This document shows positions 35,201-41,665 of a stretch of 64,000 bases of DNA, one piece after another (position 1 is the stretch's first letter; every line of letters starts with the position of its first letter). The notes under the pieces were generated by a model, which was not told the DNA's origin, did no database searches, and saw nothing but the letters and a program-made list of their open reading frames with translations. Position numbers and translations under genes: made by a program. Source of the DNA: a virus (taxonomy: Duplodnaviria; Caudoviricetes); IMG/VR virus record IMGVR_UViG_3300028844_006787; one strand, given 5' to 3'.

Positions 35201-36528
35201 TCATATTTTCCAATTGTGTAGTAATTCTCAAATTCATAAAGCCGCATATCCAATTTCGTTGGTTCAATTTTCGTTCTTTCATCGTAAGCATAAACCTTAA
35301 CATTTGCATTTGCTATATAACCATCAAGTCCTTTTCCATAGAATGTTACATATTCAACAGGAACCGGAGTTTCAAGAGTTTCTGCAATTTCCTTTAGAAT
35401 ATTATTTTTTAGATTATCAATATATTCAACACCACGTAACCATTCAATTTCTCCTGTTGCAGGATCTTGACGACCAAGTCCATTTGTATATTGATTTGAA
35501 TTATACAAAAAATGTAAATTATAGTCTTCAGGTGTCTCAAGATTATTACCACCTACATTTCCAAGACCATCCAATTCTTCAAACAAATGACCACCACCCA
35601 CTTTCATTGTAATTGGTATAGTTGGGTCAGTAAGTATATCTTCAATTTGATTACCTAGATTATATAGATTGACAAGTTCCTCTGATATATTATCATCGGT
35701 ACGGTCTATTTGATTTTCCTCGTTTGGAAGAACCGAGAGATTCGGAAATATATCCTCGGTATATTCACCTGGAATCGGAGTAGATTTTAACAAATCCTGA
35801 AATAATATATCAGTTTGAAAATTATACGCAAAGATTGTAAAACTGAATATACCTGCATAGTCTTTATATAAATTTGGTGAATTCGAATTTGCTTTATCTG
35901 CTTTTAACTTTTTTCCAATATGCACCATAGAACGACACGCACCATATCCACCACCCTCGTGACTTCCAAATAAAAGAAATTGTCGTTTCTCGTCCCCACC
36001 AAGTTCTGTGTAGTGTTCGATTTCTGTGATAATAACTTCTTCTACAAATTGCTCAAGAGTTCTACTTGTATGTGCATATGTTTCGTTGTTTGGTATTGTT
36101 TCAAGATAATTAGTATACCATGCACCCTTGCGGTCTCTAACAAACAAAAAGTCAGTATCATTTACGTTCCACGTTGTTGTGGTATGTATACTATTATCTG
36201 TTAATTGTGATCCATCTATAAAGTCAAAAAACGATTGAGCAAATGAAATATTTGTATGATCACCTTCGGTAACATTATATGTCTCAAGTCCATCTACAAA
36301 CGGACACTTAAGTGGTTCAATATTATCTTCAAATTTTTCACACGGTGAAAAAACAACCATAAAGTTTTTTGCACGAACTATTGCTCCGTCAGCAGCTTTC
36401 GGATTATTATAATACATTACCGCATCTGTATCAATTGGATGTATTAAATCATCAATGCCAACTCCACCATACAACGCTTCTCTGAGTTCCTGTGTATTAC
36501 CGAAAATTTGTTTTATATCTGTTACCAT
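23257..36528 (-). CDS. Giant 4423-aa protein collinear with the N-terminal three-quarters of the 5408-aa protein
   Basis: Shared blocks DIKQIFGN, VFSPCEKFEDNIEP, DGYIANAN, ETxLYLEW, WHFK, ELDYFEK; ends in an R/W/Y-rich tail. Confidence 0.8.
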   Translation of the reverse strand: MVTDIKQIFGNTQELREALYGGVGIDDLIHPIDTDAVMYYNNPKAADGAIVRAKNFMVVFSPCEKFEDNIEPLKCPFVDGLETYNVTEGDHTNISFAQSFFDFIDGSQLTDNSIHTTTTWNVNDTDFLFVRDRKGAWYTNYLETIPNNETYAHTSRTLEQFVEEVIITEIEHYTELGGDEKRQFLLFGSHEGGGYGACRSMVHIGKKLKADKANSNSPNLYKDYAGIFSFTIFAYNFQTDILFQDLLKSTPIPGEYTEDIFPNLSVLPNEENQIDRTDDNISEELVNLYNLGNQIEDILTDPTIPITMKVGGGHLFEELDGLGNVGGNNLETPEDYNLHFLYNSNQYTNGLGRQDPATGEIEWLRGVEYIDNLKNNILKEIAETLETPVPVEYVTFYGKGLDGYIANANVKVYAYDERTKIEPTKLDMRLYEFENYYTIGKYEYGEQTSTGEDGSFAIRLLKTDIPRVLKIELSGGGVELNDIKKETRDKLSNIILDETDKFEIILDKPLSSDEKDTEIFVTPLSTLKSRLMDEYIYYPFSEQLDDDEGTLSSETDALLRWHNNSNLVANKLLKHKFGLNDGQLKSVDYIANQDVELLKFNIKLNSYKEIIKYILNGILKTDEYDYSVRDDLQVYFGIAGTILNYAEMPNSYQSVGTDFSHDKTGDDYLLDENVIEHILLATDKLCGDPFNGCRSRDITRKYHKTLDKSNVWYWYHEGDKDKSKIDFSKLATIVRQIATPIFNNINTLTNIATGSRTGEVSASNKISKDFVKVAGKVASIQKILEDYLIKTFVRTDLDNPSNATEGWWALDSDTESEIENALAEIQDDFTDTGAEIYSLVFGPPAKPSDIILSTDHNYDPYLPTFEIVNPSVANEEQDVFHKYEYKFSTFNFGEQRMVWICDKTSTESENVTPPEIPSDLSIDSDVNNSGSRKPAKIFSVEPRSVGQQMSIQYGHNESLAKFYKLASLDGESNVIGVYVRRVLKNGLRSEWCVSHPKLYFSPPHRFRDTSKGYANVSFTTESSYVILGNDTIDITWEYNQSETDKLNIPIYKWKLDFYWKQTEAEEYPTSPTRELTFFNYNVLRNESTSTLKKFGTVLDLKQYFKAGYYKIKLGAVDTLRDDQLPFESNSEYNTRVESGLYTDIAETNFDVSLTNFVSNFDSGSEVGFSPTFSFRNNDINEKTEASVHLPWPNPISSEMGQVNFVFDVKRWESSLDANTSIDVLNGNEIESVSDNGSWKTITAGYMRNTNATDQSNKYIPVTKHIVNLDDLYEQLQREHPNDTSNSNFIGYLETSFDTQPITDLIKELRSNADNENNQRLHYFRIRVRLEGETKDSQWEVSSPLIYDLRKLKTPTIESYDILDEAPGKLSLKLGNLPALLKTSGDNSGWGLDEYDSANINPSYPYGIFGDSVNRISTNQTTSFELSVNGGDFAKVKISNKGIIQYPNPISFEKRTISLRTVSSNSAILPSDGYEFELGFVFKKITFTKLATYSDKNHVYPFDRDTNTAEVNTEETNLYLEWENFGSNLPNLFGGIQVNGLEKLGLSYKYKVKVGNAESFILENNYFDISDYIKENSITISGDEAMEINVVALDESNQESLSEDFKINWKSLVNTDVQVEFASGLVRDTLPNKTNLPLVEWEWHFKDEENYNNLSPKIRYYELTLNDEPVKNEITGIDTSSKFKSELTITKELDYFEKGIRNIFSETFDSEGDYTLGVTAVLASGQKSQEFTHTISVNFETPKPPKSIELLNTEVSGKNIIRYNEPANIKFVETDESADREEIAYYEVKWGSNILEVDRDDNSYEESSASFTLSLDTDGLKTGGEINVISVIPISTEGIPGEGKQLQFGIWYTDAQLDDAGADRSITQYISTLGPAGMRGNVMRSNSVILPPSEITNDISELDSDNVKIGMAVSIKGTDVYTGDDYLLSARFNQSGSGWTSYQPIPLPSDCNLFHTQDSQKVIVSSSKFQDRNYTNEIRYKTTYKGRKLKQIVKKWFPAGVTHRVSRYSYENGHDYNLVVDNLDWKPRAEDGYSMYIFTEDSQKNVTKVFEKSSTQKQFNHDKPTGKYFELLGYTTMCSNEDGSLIAFGDSSVNGKLPSVQKYSIKINDIGLGWNSNARILKTESEPFNSNNDLKILKDYARTFRLDAYERDTIVTSLPPCGDGNERDTANSGKENINSGIAVKFSKFEKPSGEWKLFSYSNKFQEINVPEFDKNVQFAGNNIAMSRSGNKVAIGLLSTPDVENKVDEDFVEFDIKLANYSESNDTILTKHYDSPSSYSLTSGANLTRPIADVQFQWPHNQYVYYEVSYKKTCYSDWDIVWCDSAETELTKNPNTWHSKTTLPKLNEPKREYNKLMDDGSTVYANIYNANVEFSLKYNDYNQNIYFRVEGQKIEDDVDTNALFHPNDIRYNRQIRVTAYDKNGVSQTNIYGAYGNSEKVYAVLLDSYITPKKKILSHTPIIATIGVDTSTNSVDTEYKYINWGGHLTDEYNPSDYMESASKGGSFKRPDFESYNLSVESDSVDSQNVDYISAETAGRSPWVNSAAEFSAEKIVLSDDGSTMAVKLRPGLKRDNTNIMLVKVFKVDTLDHDNWVQLGQGFINNRFVNERGDVSLSGDGKTLALSKVTEDDASFTIFTLNEVENKWDETKTKERSIDVNAQDFSSAYKRSKYKLVESDNINHKFTHELVRLDAEIADNGYGSEIKLSYDGNSIVVSAPHGINSEIPDARTTGRIIVYENAGDNEWIPQVSPLSALEESVQDKIFKNISNKYKQAYGITFSDINAYDFEGEYSLRKTSLIEKSTGGEDNHYLGTNVFKIKGNLNFNTQQNVSIRNSGPKGPSTSWFYDDELGRTFEEIKNWPIAGETEIIVGDFIKTFSSVEVFNINDFRVSVVLPKLQIYKVVNTFDLVPLVGYSIDEKNNKSIKKDISDRYIAIEVIDNNSVAGTYLLNRESRGEYTWNLVRPGFASPDELPPHKIDEIYQSKNYPSKNYAIAYKTQNYLSLEWDTAYKRLSSKNLEKVVHEENPAYLVEMRESGNGTTWHEFPTDVTYIGNHWISSTNINGFDKSTYRDFSSNAENHFRITAKDDSTNTSEASDAKCFYKLDTDAVSPQVNITSIEIDDQENPIFSWNDVLDDAYNNAVATANDEYQLTWSNIGYILQLWKANDPNSESLDTDVDELIYTSDEISETSYKFPFAIEKNTYHIRIFVVGDTETNFYLDPERIMPETTKRRYILSDSFTTKTFKDIGYTINNPILRGWKITSATNDQDQNIEIHEEVSDYDYLDEPRDDPFDGTISNTAGTSWENSSWYFLPLKDDNQNNKKLEKFTIEIASYRKIDSRFSSGKFGIDFDYADLTEGDNETLAKIEIFKTDTQGENLSTPIFETDYISGFKTGEFVVNGHTFNVFANGHNGHSSLVSVATNLVNENTPSGVMQYKLVKKKFEIDLSAIGGLLPDKYNVRIKMHSPIDDSLSNVTEWNESNHRLYVLNKFSVNTNGDLSPSISGGYLDSTENVKIGEPITINWNDISPTTDSSYEPLIYKVTFNNSTLTDDLNDTRKTSKYKDDVKNKTNLKISRKSDQLFQYVIPADVYSITNTTNIKGTLTTYLYDMPLNSAEFNFTLFENKLDMFMYEEGGSGIEHKTGDTMKWAYYLDVKDTSHELVFDKYELELYRLKTRDLLLGPLAQRTKVGTTITRSVNATDGGVEALTASSPNNAYEFYDEFEYSLNGVSFDDFYTFELHITAYDKFGGTTRLIDGKSFAPTFTNPTLNLNNLGILSWSIPDVTARKTTSIVVKIMNGETEEHQEIISYDNKANDNTLEYALTTSGVPSGITYNVIVNLKYYDETITEDNVSWDATHDDLANVRNIRVKNTPTMFIPSQNNFFHDAEEDEMWSSTMVQNANGELEKVVWNERPEFICINPIPDKGNFVDEDNDAFYWTWDPVQGADGYKTEVKTFRLFQTWLTDTPNDPNDDWYATEQTNNPVEQTTGDPGLLYKYTSYYVEEVGEEDDEHLREISYKDEIMHKSDNQRELSQDFLDEYVTSSEAARPDINRKVGDWGILNSIYNESDEKLKSLVQRNHFLGFMHICLITPYTLDASEYVYGETQSSEPIMFSEFKPRVDISGIKQYITNEENLDLVFTVKNDSVFLPIELEDSKNDNVINPISNITITLTDATRANPTEHIVTIDSSTQTGELKLDNHDLIGTYTLKVVATSQFDTKFEQEINYEVVPNKGYFKDLPTKFNVGEYEDITVAQSQRPIADAKAPTIELPLDSFEHDEDAIASYLNKFADYDYTEQQIESYFSSVSEDSNVTYLPGDIIEFKIPQTPIGTNKSGTYTQNYINYEEYSVGYRKYIETNTKTITTTTNNRRRNNTNTYNNWYFHHRWWRYRWGYWYYNRAWTWRRRYHYVYSRGRWRYSYGYYRSWGRYYL

Positions 36529-36617
36529 AAGTCTTCCAAACTTTAAATATTAAATCATTACAAGAATCCTTTGTATTTTTTTCATTTCAATTGTTTATTT
36601 TATAGATAAGTTTATAT

Positions 36618-36645
36618 AAAAAGAGAACACCGAAGTGTTCTCTTT
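36618..36645 (-). terminator. Rho-independent terminator
   Basis: AAAGAGAACAC-TTCG-GTGTTCTCTTT then T-run; cUUCGg tetraloop. Confidence 0.85.
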
Positions 36646-36697
36646 AAAAAATTTTACTTAATTTTTTATTATTGAATTTTAATTTTCATCTGTACTA

Positions 36698-37849
36698 CTA
36701 AGAACCAGCATTTGTGTTGTCTAAGATTTTGTCTAAAAACATATTTTTTAAATTAGATATAAATGTTACTTTTGAATATGTAATTGTACCATCTTCTGCT
36801 GTATCACCAAAAACATTCATTTGTTCGTTTCGGTATAAACCATAACTATTGTATCCACCTGGTGTGGAATAATCTACTGCGTTGTTGGTGATAGCCTCTT
36901 CGGTATGACCACCACCGATATACATTTTGACCCACTTTACACTATTTCCATCAACATCAGTTTGAGTGGCATCTAGCATCTCAAGTAACTTTGGATATAA
37001 TACATAGTTGGAATGCCAATCATTCTCAAAATCACTTACTCCGTATGGTGCATTTGCATCAGATTTAAATACAATTTCTTCATCAAACAAATTAAATTGT
37101 TCATCAGTTGGATTCCAATTATGTGGTTGTGGATACATATGATCTTTAAGAGTTGTACCGTCACCCGGATCTGATCCCGTATAAGGTTGTTCTGGTACAC
37201 TCATTAAATCCGTTTGGAAGTTATACCCAAAAAGATTCAGATTATAATTCTTGTTGTCACCATCTATTTTATCAAACAATGCACAAGCAAATCTAAATGC
37301 ACCATATCCTGCACCTTCGTGACCACCCACAACACTTATATTTGAATAATTATCATATCCATCGATATAGTCTTCGTAAACATCAGCTGCAAACTCTTCA
37401 AGAGTTTGACGATCTTCACTTGGATTTTCATCGGTTGCATTTTCAACGTTTGTTACAATTCCATTCATATACCACTTCGCAGATTTATCACGAATAAACA
37501 TTATATCTGCATCATTACCAGTCCATGCTTCGGTTTTTTCAGAAACCGTTCCATTATTATAATCTAATAGATTTTGTGTGCCATCTAGATAATCAATTAT
37601 ATTTTGACTAAAATTAGCTCCTCCTGTTGAAATTTGATAGTTTGGAAACTCTTCTACAAACTTAGGTACACTATCTGAGTTTGGTGAAAAAACTATAATC
37701 AACGAAGTTCTCACAGACTCTTGTTGCTTCAGCAGAATAACATCATGCTCATAATTTGCGTCACCGTGTGCGGTTTTGAAACTGCCATATGAGTTATCTC
37801 CGTCACCAGTTACATTTTTTCGAAATTGTTTTATATCACTCCATGCCAT
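36698..37849 (-). CDS. 383-aa standalone homologue of the N-terminal domain of the two giant proteins
   Basis: SDIKQ, IVFSP, FIRDKxxxWY, GGHEGAGYGA, YNFQTD, GGGH, NLKN all shared; GGAGA RBS. Confidence 0.8.
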   Translation of the reverse strand: MAWSDIKQFRKNVTGDGDNSYGSFKTAHGDANYEHDVILLKQQESVRTSLIIVFSPNSDSVPKFVEEFPNYQISTGGANFSQNIIDYLDGTQNLLDYNNGTVSEKTEAWTGNDADIMFIRDKSAKWYMNGIVTNVENATDENPSEDRQTLEEFAADVYEDYIDGYDNYSNISVVGGHEGAGYGAFRFACALFDKIDGDNKNYNLNLFGYNFQTDLMSVPEQPYTGSDPGDGTTLKDHMYPQPHNWNPTDEQFNLFDEEIVFKSDANAPYGVSDFENDWHSNYVLYPKLLEMLDATQTDVDGNSVKWVKMYIGGGHTEEAITNNAVDYSTPGGYNSYGLYRNEQMNVFGDTAEDGTITYSKVTFISNLKNMFLDKILDNTNAGS

Positions 37850-37922
37850 TTTTATATATCTCCAATTGAATTTTTTAAAATTACAATTATAAATATAAAA
37901 ACTTATAAAAAATAATACAAAA

Positions 37923-38339
37923 TCAATCTAGAAATATTATTAAAATGCAGATACTAAACAGAAATAATGCTGGAATATATTTAATGAATTTATCACGAAC
38001 ACGATAATGCATCCAAATTGAACCAAAAAGCAATATAGATAATCCGATTGCTCCAATTTGAGTACAATACGGAAATATTGTTCCAAATAATAAAATCAAC
38101 GCAAATGCAGGTTTTACAAACTTTATGCACTTATAGCAATTATCACTTAATCCGTATTTAACAAATTCTTCTCGTAGATTCTTAGCATTTGAACCACGAA
38201 ATTTACTTGGTTTTTCCGACCTAAATAACCAAACATTCAAAATTACAAACGATACAATTATTTGCAGAAAAATATCGATATTATTGCTTGCAAATGATGT
38301 CGTATTGTAAAATGCAGACATTAAATCATATACATCCAT
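37923..38339 (-). CDS. DoxX-like membrane protein
   Basis: LNVWLFR...EEFxxYGL...GSIWMHYRVRD...PA pattern, 4 TM segments. Confidence 0.7.
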   Translation of the reverse strand: MDVYDLMSAFYNTTSFASNNIDIFLQIIVSFVILNVWLFRSEKPSKFRGSNAKNLREEFVKYGLSDNCYKCIKFVKPAFALILLFGTIFPYCTQIGAIGLSILLFGSIWMHYRVRDKFIKYIPALFLFSICILIIFLD

Positions 38340-38340
38340 A

Positions 38341-38484
38341 TTAACTAAATATAAATCCTAAAAATACAAAAATTAAAATATAAGGTGTTAAATAAAATAT
38401 GCTTTGAGTAATTGCCCACGCATAAAAATCTGAAAATGCTTCGTTAAACTCAGCAACTTCTTTTTGTGATAACTTTTTTTTCAT
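38341..38484 (-). CDS. Small single-TM protein (47 aa)
   Basis: Not in track; MKKKLSQKEVAEFNEAFSDFYAWAITQSIFYLTPYILIFVFLGFIFS* fills the gap between neighbours exactly. Confidence 0.55.
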   Translation of the reverse strand: MKKKLSQKEVAEFNEAFSDFYAWAITQSIFYLTPYILIFVFLGFIFS

Positions 38485-38487
38485 ATA

Positions 38488-38829
38488 TTAACTATGCTTT
38501 GCAACTTTTTTATATGTTTCTTCGTAATCAGGTAACACTAAGTTTGGTTCATCGTCATCGTCCATACATGAACTTAAACTAACCAAAGTTTCTATTAAAT
38601 CTATATTGGTTTTTTCTTGTGAAGTAATTGAAGATTCAGTTGTGTGAATTTTTGATACAACTCCGTTATTAAATTTTCCGTAGTCGTATATTTTAGACTT
38701 TCCGAATTTATTTATTTTATCTTGGTTTAATTCTGAAATCGCATTTTGAATTGTTTGCTTGATTTCTTCTTCACCAAAAAATCCTGAATTGTATGTAACA
38801 TCAATGGTAAATTTGCAATTTTTTGTCAT
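38488..38829 (-). CDS. Hypothetical protein
   Basis: 113 aa ORF behind sigma70-like promoter. Confidence 0.6.
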   Translation of the reverse strand: MTKNCKFTIDVTYNSGFFGEEEIKQTIQNAISELNQDKINKFGKSKIYDYGKFNNGVVSKIHTTESSITSQEKTNIDLIETLVSLSSCMDDDDEPNLVLPDYEETYKKVAKHS

Positions 38830-38837
38830 AGTCTAAT

Positions 38838-38866
38838 AAATTAAACTACAACGATTAAATTGTCAA
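38838..38866 (-). promoter_or_regulatory. sigma70-type promoter
   Basis: TTGACA-N17-TAATTT. Confidence 0.5.
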
Positions 38867-38873
38867 CAAACTT

Positions 38874-39209
38874 TTACGAATTTTCTGATTCGTAAATTTC
38901 AAGTCCTTTATCTGAAATATAATTGCAAGTAAATCTTGCAAGTCCATCGCATCGTATAATTTCTCCATTGGAACTTACTTCAAATACACCTTCATCACGT
39001 ACCATACGATGACCATCTTTGTTTTGACCAGAATAAACCAGTGTTCTTCCGATGATACTTCCATCGTCTCGTTCTTCGTCTATTTCATAGCACATTAGAA
39101 TCGGACCATGATTAAAATCTTCTGATTCTTCAAACTCGTGAAAATACTCAGAAAATGCACGGAGTGTTGCTTTTACGTGTGGAGTCACGATGCGTTGGTT
39201 GGTACACAA
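38874..39209 (-). CDS. Hypothetical protein
   Basis: 111 aa ORF; start uncertain (overlaps upstream ORF). Confidence 0.55.
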   Translation of the reverse strand: MCTNQRIVTPHVKATLRAFSEYFHEFEESEDFNHGPILMCYEIDEERDDGSIIGRTLVYSGQNKDGHRMVRDEGVFEVSSNGEIIRCDGLARFTCNYISDKGLEIYESENS

Positions 39210-39559
39210 TCTGCATAATCTTTTCCGTCCAAGAAAAATCCTTGGTCACTTGCAGAATCATTTTGACCTTGAAAACCAGGTTGATTATTTTCTTCGTAAC
39301 AAGCAGTATGATAAAAAGTTGCTTGATGTTCGTTGTTCAAACAAATACTTTCAGCATTTTCATCTATGTCCCAATTATCTCCATATGCGTGTTCATCGGT
39401 ACGACTATAAATGTCTCCATATCCGTCATATTCTCCTTGAATTACTTCTCCTGTGTTCATAACCATCGTAATTTTGTTCATCCAATCAATTTGCTTGGGT
39501 GAATACGGTGACACGATGCTTTTTCCACAACACTTACAATTCCAACTAAAAAATCCCAT
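39185..39559 (-). CDS. Phage hypothetical protein with possible Zn site
   Basis: MGFFSWNCKCCGKSI...GEYDGYG...HTAC; AGGAGA RBS upstream. Confidence 0.7.
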   Translation of the reverse strand: MGFFSWNCKCCGKSIVSPYSPKQIDWMNKITMVMNTGEVIQGEYDGYGDIYSRTDEHAYGDNWDIDENAESICLNNEHQATFYHTACYEENNQPGFQGQNDSASDQGFFLDGKDYADCVPTNAS

Positions 39560-39577
39560 TTTATTTATCTCTCCTTT

Positions 39578-40018
39578 TTATATTTGTGTTTCGTGATACA
39601 ATTCTTCGTCAATTCTATTAATCTCGGAAGTTGCGTTTGGTTCATAAACTGTGTAATAATCAAACTCCGCACGAAGTTCCTTAAAATAATTTGCGACAAC
39701 ATTTCTGAAAATCAACATTGGATCATCAAGAACCTTGGCACGAAACTCCATATGCTTGCTGATATACTTTGCCATTGCAATAAATGCTTCATCCGAAGAA
39801 TCACGAACGTGACTCCAATCCCAAACCAAATCACGAATTGTATCCATATCGTAATCTCCATCTTGTAAATTACCGAATCCATCGGCATGAATATAACGAG
39901 TATTAGAATCAATAGTCGCATTTATATGTTCTCTGTTTTCACCGGTGTGGTGAAGAAACGACATAACGTAATCGTTTGCTAATCGTGAAACAACAGGGTT
40001 ACTTAATTCTGTGATCAT
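39578..40018 (-). CDS. Hypothetical protein (early-gene type)
   Basis: Start moved to ATG 40018 (MITELS) because the track's TTG at 40102 is a -35 box. Confidence 0.65.
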   Translation of the reverse strand: MITELSNPVVSRLANDYVMSFLHHTGENREHINATIDSNTRYIHADGFGNLQDGDYDMDTIRDLVWDWSHVRDSSDEAFIAMAKYISKHMEFRAKVLDDPMLIFRNVVANYFKELRAEFDYYTVYEPNATSEINRIDEELYHETQI

Positions 40019-40073
40019 ATTCTCTCTTTCGTTTGAATTTTTAATTTGGTTCTTTCTCACTCTCAATACAAGT

Positions 40074-40102
40074 ATACTACCAAAATTATTATAAAAAGTC
40101 AA
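40074..40102 (-). promoter_or_regulatory. sigma70-type promoter within a ~60 bp repeat (copy 2)
   Basis: TTGACT-N17-TAGTAT. Confidence 0.75.
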
Positions 40103-40785
40103 GCCAGAATATCGGATTTTCGTGTTTTACTGATTATATAAGCATATCCGATTCCAAATAATGCACCACCTAGATGAGCAAAATGAGCAATCGGACCGAA
40201 TGGTGAATAAATTCCATTTACAATTTCTATTGCGACATACAATGTAATAATAAACCTAGCATTTAATCGTATAAACAACAAATTTACATAGTGTCGTGGG
40301 TACAATACTGCAAACGCAAGTAATACTCCGAATACTCCACCACTTGCTCCTAAAGTTGTTTTGGCATATATCGTATTTACTTCATAACCATTATCAAGAA
40401 TAAATCTAAGTTGTTCCACAGGATGAATTATAGAACCAACAGGAAACGGAGTTCCACATATACTTGCAACATACATCATATTTGATAGTGTTTGCATTAT
40501 TCCACCACCAATTACTCCAAGAATAAACAATACAAGAAAGTTTCGTGTTCCTAATTTTTCTGCTTCTAAACGATTTCCAAATATCGCAAGAATAAACAAA
40601 TTCACGAAAATATGATAAAAGTCTCCGTGAAGAAATCCATAGGTTACAAACTGATATGAATTAAATATTTCACTTCCGATATACGACAAAGAAAATGTTT
40701 TATCAAACAATGGATAATATAAATGTTGTGCATAATATACAATTACACACAACCATACAATGACTCTTACTCCAGGTGAAAACAT
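40099..40785 (-). CDS. Rhomboid intramembrane serine protease
   Basis: FLHGDFYHIFVN, catalytic GASG, AHFAHLGG; multiple TM segments. Confidence 0.9.
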   Translation of the reverse strand: MFSPGVRVIVWLCVIVYYAQHLYYPLFDKTFSLSYIGSEIFNSYQFVTYGFLHGDFYHIFVNLFILAIFGNRLEAEKLGTRNFLVLFILGVIGGGIMQTLSNMMYVASICGTPFPVGSIIHPVEQLRFILDNGYEVNTIYAKTTLGASGGVFGVLLAFAVLYPRHYVNLLFIRLNARFIITLYVAIEIVNGIYSPFGPIAHFAHLGGALFGIGYAYIISKTRKSDILA

Positions 40786-41036
40786 TAAACAGAGTAGAAC
40801 ATATTAGGTCCTGTAATATTGAATCTAAATTTTTGACTATTATTACCAAATTCTCGTGCTTCGTTTAAATAATTTAAAGCATGAGTTTCATTTTCGCATT
40901 TTTTTCGTAATACAACTTTGTTGGTTTTTTTATCGGTAATTGTAACCAAGTGGGGTTCATTTGCGTAGTTCATGCAGTTATTCATTTCCATAGTATTATT
41001 ATCATTATCACCAAAGTTATTAGTATCAATCCCCAA
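40785..41036 (-). CDS. Hypothetical protein
   Basis: 83 aa ORF, stop overlaps rhomboid ATG; start uncertain. Confidence 0.5.
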   Translation of the reverse strand: MGIDTNNFGDNDNNTMEMNNCMNYANEPHLVTITDKKTNKVVLRKKCENETHALNYLNEAREFGNNSQKFRFNITGPNMFYSV

Positions 41037-41049
41037 TTATTATTTTCAT

Positions 41050-41241
41050 TCATATTATTTTAATGTTAAGTATATGTTTTATTTTTAGTATAAGCAACTC
41101 AATAAGATTGTCTTTCAAAGGAACTTTCTTTGTGGTCATAATCATTGAACTAAAAACAACCGTACCACCCTTGCGATTTACCACACGATATAATCTAGGA
41201 TTTTTTATTTTAGAAATTACGATTATCTTTTTACCATGCAC
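41050..41241 (-). CDS. Small basic hypothetical protein
   Basis: 63 aa, GTG start; weak support. Confidence 0.35.
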   Translation of the reverse strand: MHGKKIIVISKIKNPRLYRVVNRKGGTVVFSSMIMTTKKVPLKDNLIELLILKIKHILNIKII

Positions 41242-41328
41242 AATTTTTTCTTTAGTTAGTAGTTGCTCTCTTGTTATAATATATATACATTTTATTCACA
41301 TTTGCAAGCATTTTCTTTGTGTTTTTAT

Positions 41329-41360
41329 AAAAAAAGAACCACCTCCGAATGAGGTGGTTC
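41329..41360 (-). terminator. Rho-independent terminator
   Basis: GAACCACCTC-ATTCG-GAGGTGGTTC followed by T7. Confidence 0.8.
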
Positions 41361-41402
41361 ATAATCAACTACTAACTTATTGTCTAACTACTTCTACCAA
41401 AT

Positions 41403-41660
41403 TTAATTATCAAACGCATCTTTCATATAACACGATACTGCATTCATATCGTATGTGTTTTCATCGTACTCATCGTAATCACTTTCGTCTTCTTCTTCAA
41501 TTACAGAATCTAATTGCTGATACTCTTCCACTACCTCATCATTTGTTGGGTATGTTTTAACAGATTCCTGTTTTATTGCATCTTCAACATCTTTCTGTAA
41601 TTTAAACTCTTCGTAAATTAATTGGAACTCAGGAGGAAGTTGATTTACTCTACGTTGCAT
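41403..41660 (-). CDS. Acidic hypothetical protein
   Basis: 85 aa, very D/E-rich. Confidence 0.6.
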   Translation of the reverse strand: MQRRVNQLPPEFQLIYEEFKLQKDVEDAIKQESVKTYPTNDEVVEEYQQLDSVIEEEDESDYDEYDENTYDMNAVSCYMKDAFDN

Positions 41661-41665
41661 ATTTC

